A stretch of 43,744 nucleotides of DNA from a virus. Location of the stretch: the IMG/VR virus record IMGVR_UViG_3300045988_125155. The stretch is one strand, 5' to 3'. Position 1 is the first letter of the stretch. Each line of letters opens with the position of its first letter. Both the position numbers and the translations under genes were made by a program. The notes under the pieces were generated by a model, which saw only the letters and a list, made by a program, of their open reading frames with translations, did no database searches and was not told where the DNA came from. Below are positions 41,692 through 43,744 of the stretch, piece after piece.

Positions 41692-42226
41692 CGTCTGTCA
41701 GTCCTTTCAACTTGGAGGTTTCCTCGGGGGTCATGGTGGGGATGCCCTGCTGCTGGCATTCCTGCACGATCAGTTCAATGAGTCGGTGCATCTGGGATGG
41801 GTCGAACTGGGACGAGCCGTACCAGCATTGCAGGTTGTAAAAAGTGCCCTGCGGGGTGGTCATTTCATCGAGCTTGTGAACCTGCCAGCCCTCGCCCTTG
41901 CTCTCCCAGCCGTTTTTGAATGCTTTTGCAGCTTCAGCGCGGAGGGTGACAAGGACGGAACTTCCGCCGATGTCGCGTATCAAATCGCGGTAGATGTCCA
42001 GCACAGGGCGGTTGATTTTGGCGGCAAGCTGGTTCATGAGCGCCCAGGCGTAAGCGTTGGCCGAGAGACTGCGCTTTTGCGATGCCGTGCCAATGACGGC
42101 AGCAAGGGGCTTGCCCTCGTCAATGACGGCGCGGGCTTTATCGCAGTCTGCGGGGGAACATTCCATCGTAATTGTGTTGCCGATAACAACTGCGGTCTTG
42201 ATGGCAATTTGCTGCTTCATTTCCAC
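41675..42226 (-). CDS. NinB/Orf-like recombination mediator candidate
   Basis: KRSLSANAYAWALMNQLA and SSQFDPSQMHRLIELIVQECQQQGI resemble NinB motifs as I recall them. Confidence 0.45.
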   Translation of the reverse strand: MEMKQQIAIKTAVVIGNTITMECSPADCDKARAVIDEGKPLAAVIGTASQKRSLSANAYAWALMNQLAAKINRPVLDIYRDLIRDIGGSSVLVTLRAEAAKAFKNGWESKGEGWQVHKLDEMTTPQGTFYNLQCWYGSSQFDPSQMHRLIELIVQECQQQGIPTMTPEETSKLKGLTDDADPQ

Positions 42227-42828
42227 GCCTCTGCAATCTGCTGGCCCTGCTTCCAGTCATCTGCCGTAAAGTCCTTAGAGGGCTTGCCGATGGTTTCTGC
42301 GATGAGTTTCCACGCATCATTTTCATCGGCGTTGTTCTTCTGGCAGTAGGCTTTGACAGCACGCTGGCACTCGGCGCGGGCGGCAAGGCGGGCGGCGGCT
42401 GCGTTGGTGTCGCGCTGGGGCTCGGCGGCGGTCTGGTTGTGGTATTCGTCGCTGTCGGGGTCTTTGGTGTCGTCGATGCAGAACAGGCCGTTCAGCGCGT
42501 ATTTGCGGGCGTAGCTGGATGCCGTACCGGTGATCTGTGCGCCGTCCATGCCTTTCTTGGTTTCATCTTCACGGGCAAGGGCTGTGGTGCTGGCGGCGTT
42601 GCCGTCCTTGTCCTGCACGGTGGCGGTTGCCTTGATGTAGTACCGGCTGCCGATGAGAATGACTTCATCCGAGACGGTCAGGGTGCAACCATGCTTGGCG
42701 CAAAGAGGCTTGGCGGCCTCAAGGATGCTTTCTGCGTTGCGGTACTTATATTTACCAAACGAGTTGTAGAGGTTCTTGGGGGCTTTTAGCTCCACCTGAA
42801 TGTTGGACAGGGTTTCATAGATGCTCAT
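42217..42828 (-). CDS. erf: ERF-family single-strand annealing protein
   Basis: LSNIQVELKAPKNLYNSFGKYKYRNAESILEAAKPL...TGTASSYARKYALNGLFCIDD. Confidence 0.8.
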   Translation of the reverse strand: MSIYETLSNIQVELKAPKNLYNSFGKYKYRNAESILEAAKPLCAKHGCTLTVSDEVILIGSRYYIKATATVQDKDGNAASTTALAREDETKKGMDGAQITGTASSYARKYALNGLFCIDDTKDPDSDEYHNQTAAEPQRDTNAAAARLAARAECQRAVKAYCQKNNADENDAWKLIAETIGKPSKDFTADDWKQGQQIAEAWK

Positions 42829-43190
42829 TAGATTGCTTCTCCTTCCGGGTCGGGGGTGGTGAGGTGGATGCGGTAGCAGGAATCTGGGCAGGGGGTGTCT
42901 TTGCTGGGAACATAAAGGATGGGAACGGTCAGCCTTGAGCCAGCAATGGCGATGCGGTAGTTTCCGAATCGGTGCGAAGTAAGACCATGCACCGGAACGG
43001 AGAAAGCGTCTGCCAGCGCGAAGAGGTCACGCGCGTCATAGACAAGAATGTCGCCGCCGATGCAGATATTGAACGGACGTTGACCGCGCGGCTTACTGCG
43101 GATAGCTGCAGAGGCAGCGAGCAGCGGGGAGAGCGTTTTGAGCAAGTCTTTCAGCTCAGACGCGGAAAGCGGGTTGAACAAGGTTTTCAT
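42828..43190 (-). CDS. hypothetical protein, 120 aa
   Basis: Its start and stop abut the neighbouring genes, consistent with translational coupling. No domain recognised. Confidence 0.55.
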   Translation of the reverse strand: MKTLFNPLSASELKDLLKTLSPLLAASAAIRSKPRGQRPFNICIGGDILVYDARDLFALADAFSVPVHGLTSHRFGNYRIAIAGSRLTVPILYVPSKDTPCPDSCYRIHLTTPDPEGEAI

Positions 43191-43406
43191 TTAGTAGTCC
43201 TCCATACAGCGGCAATCTTCCCAGGGGTCGTCCTCTTGGACATCCTCACCGGGGAAGTCGCCGGGGTTATAACACATATCACAGCCGATGATTTCCGTGC
43301 CGATCAGGTAAATTGCTTCGCATTCCTCACCGCATACAGGGCATCGGGGGCGGCGGGGTTCATCAGGCGGGAAGGGGTTATCTTGATGCCCCCAGAAGCT
43401 AGTCAT
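43191..43406 (-). CDS. small acidic zinc-ribbon protein, 71 aa
   Basis: CPVCGEEC...CDMC. Confidence 0.55.
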   Translation of the reverse strand: MTSFWGHQDNPFPPDEPRRPRCPVCGEECEAIYLIGTEIIGCDMCYNPGDFPGEDVQEDDPWEDCRCMEDY

Positions 43407-43744
43407 TCGGATACCTCCACAAGGTCGCCGTTTTTCAGCTTGTACCAGGTGTCAGGCTTGATGTTTTCACCGTCAACTTTAAAGCACTGCACATCTTTAC
43501 GATGCCAGTTAAATTTCTCGTCTATTCCCCATTCTGCAATCACAATCCAGCATCCTAAAGCGCCTTTAGCTTTACTATTAATGCCGAGCGCAGCAGCAAC
43601 GCTTTCCTTGCCTGTAGCAGATGCCGCGCCATGCGAGCCTGTAGCAGATGCCGCGCCCTGCAAGCCTGTAGCAGATGCCGCGCCCTGCAAGCCTGTAGCA
43701 GATGCCGCGCCCTGCGAGCCTGTAGCAGATGCCGCGCCCTGCGA
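43403..43744 (-). CDS. C-terminal part of the junction-wrapping 9-aa-repeat protein
   Basis: The frame is open from the window end (114 codons including the stop), in phase with 507..1. Repeats GAASATG(L/S)(Q/H) are followed by KESVAAALGINSKAKGALGCWIVIAEWGIDEKFNWHRKDVQCFKVDGENIKPDTWYKLKNGDLVEVSE. Confidence 0.75.
   Translation of the reverse strand, partial: SQGAASATGSQGAASATGLQGAASATGLQGAASATGSHGAASATGKESVAAALGINSKAKGALGCWIVIAEWGIDEKFNWHRKDVQCFKVDGENIKPDTWYKLKNGDLVEVSE
43610..43744. repeat. 27-bp tandem repeat array, 5 units, continuous with the array at 1-177
   Basis: Units at 43610-43636, 43637-43663, 43664-43690, 43691-43717 and 43718-43744. Confidence 0.9.

Noticed and set aside
1-43744. 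A reverse transcriptase or Avd gene to complete the DGR.
   Set aside because: I scanned every ORF of useful length for RT-like boxes (YxDD with upstream motifs) and for a small basic four-helix protein near TR. None was found, so absence is reported as a finding rather than a feature.

Overview
The window looks like one complete, circularly closed temperate dsDNA phage genome of about 43.7 kb. The first and last 30 nt are identical, and they lie inside a single gene that wraps the window junction. Host type is inferred as a fairly high-GC Firmicutes: RBSs are GGAGG-type, promoters are sigma-A-like, and terminators are intrinsic.

Layout:
- Leftward early operon: starts at 1508, crosses the junction, and runs from 43744 down to 34121. 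It encodes a Cro-like HTH, a 9-aa-repeat protein, ERF, a NinB-like protein, SSB, DnaB, a replisome organiser with embedded iterons, RusA, two DNA methyltransferases and a sigma-region-4-like regulator.
- Lysogeny module (1750-5650): CI-like repressor, low-GC membrane cargo, tyrosine integrase, and an intact attP whose core is a tRNA 3' end.
- Accessory operon next to attP (7841 down to 5651): starts with a J-domain protein and is controlled from a divergent promoter/operator region shared with an RHH gene.
- Rightward late operon (8429-34067): terS, then a 1.1-kb ORF-free structured gap holding a tRNA-like element, then terL, scaffold, capsid, portal, podovirus-like tail and fibre genes, lysis genes, a 2085-aa polyvalent-type protein and several small genes.

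Most notable observations:
1. A DGR-like TR/VR pair sits at the 3' end of the receptor-binding fibre gene, with mismatches biased to template adenines, but no reverse transcriptase or Avd gene is present anywhere in the genome.
2. A protein-like 70-aa ORF with its own SD is nested out of frame inside the giant gene, exactly where the giant frame loses its codon bias.
3. The ORF-free terS-terL gap contains a tRNA-like element that lacks an anticodon arm.
4. A consensus promoter, a hairpin and an intrinsic terminator form a leader just upstream of terS.

All family names come from motif recognition by eye and from memory. No database search was run.
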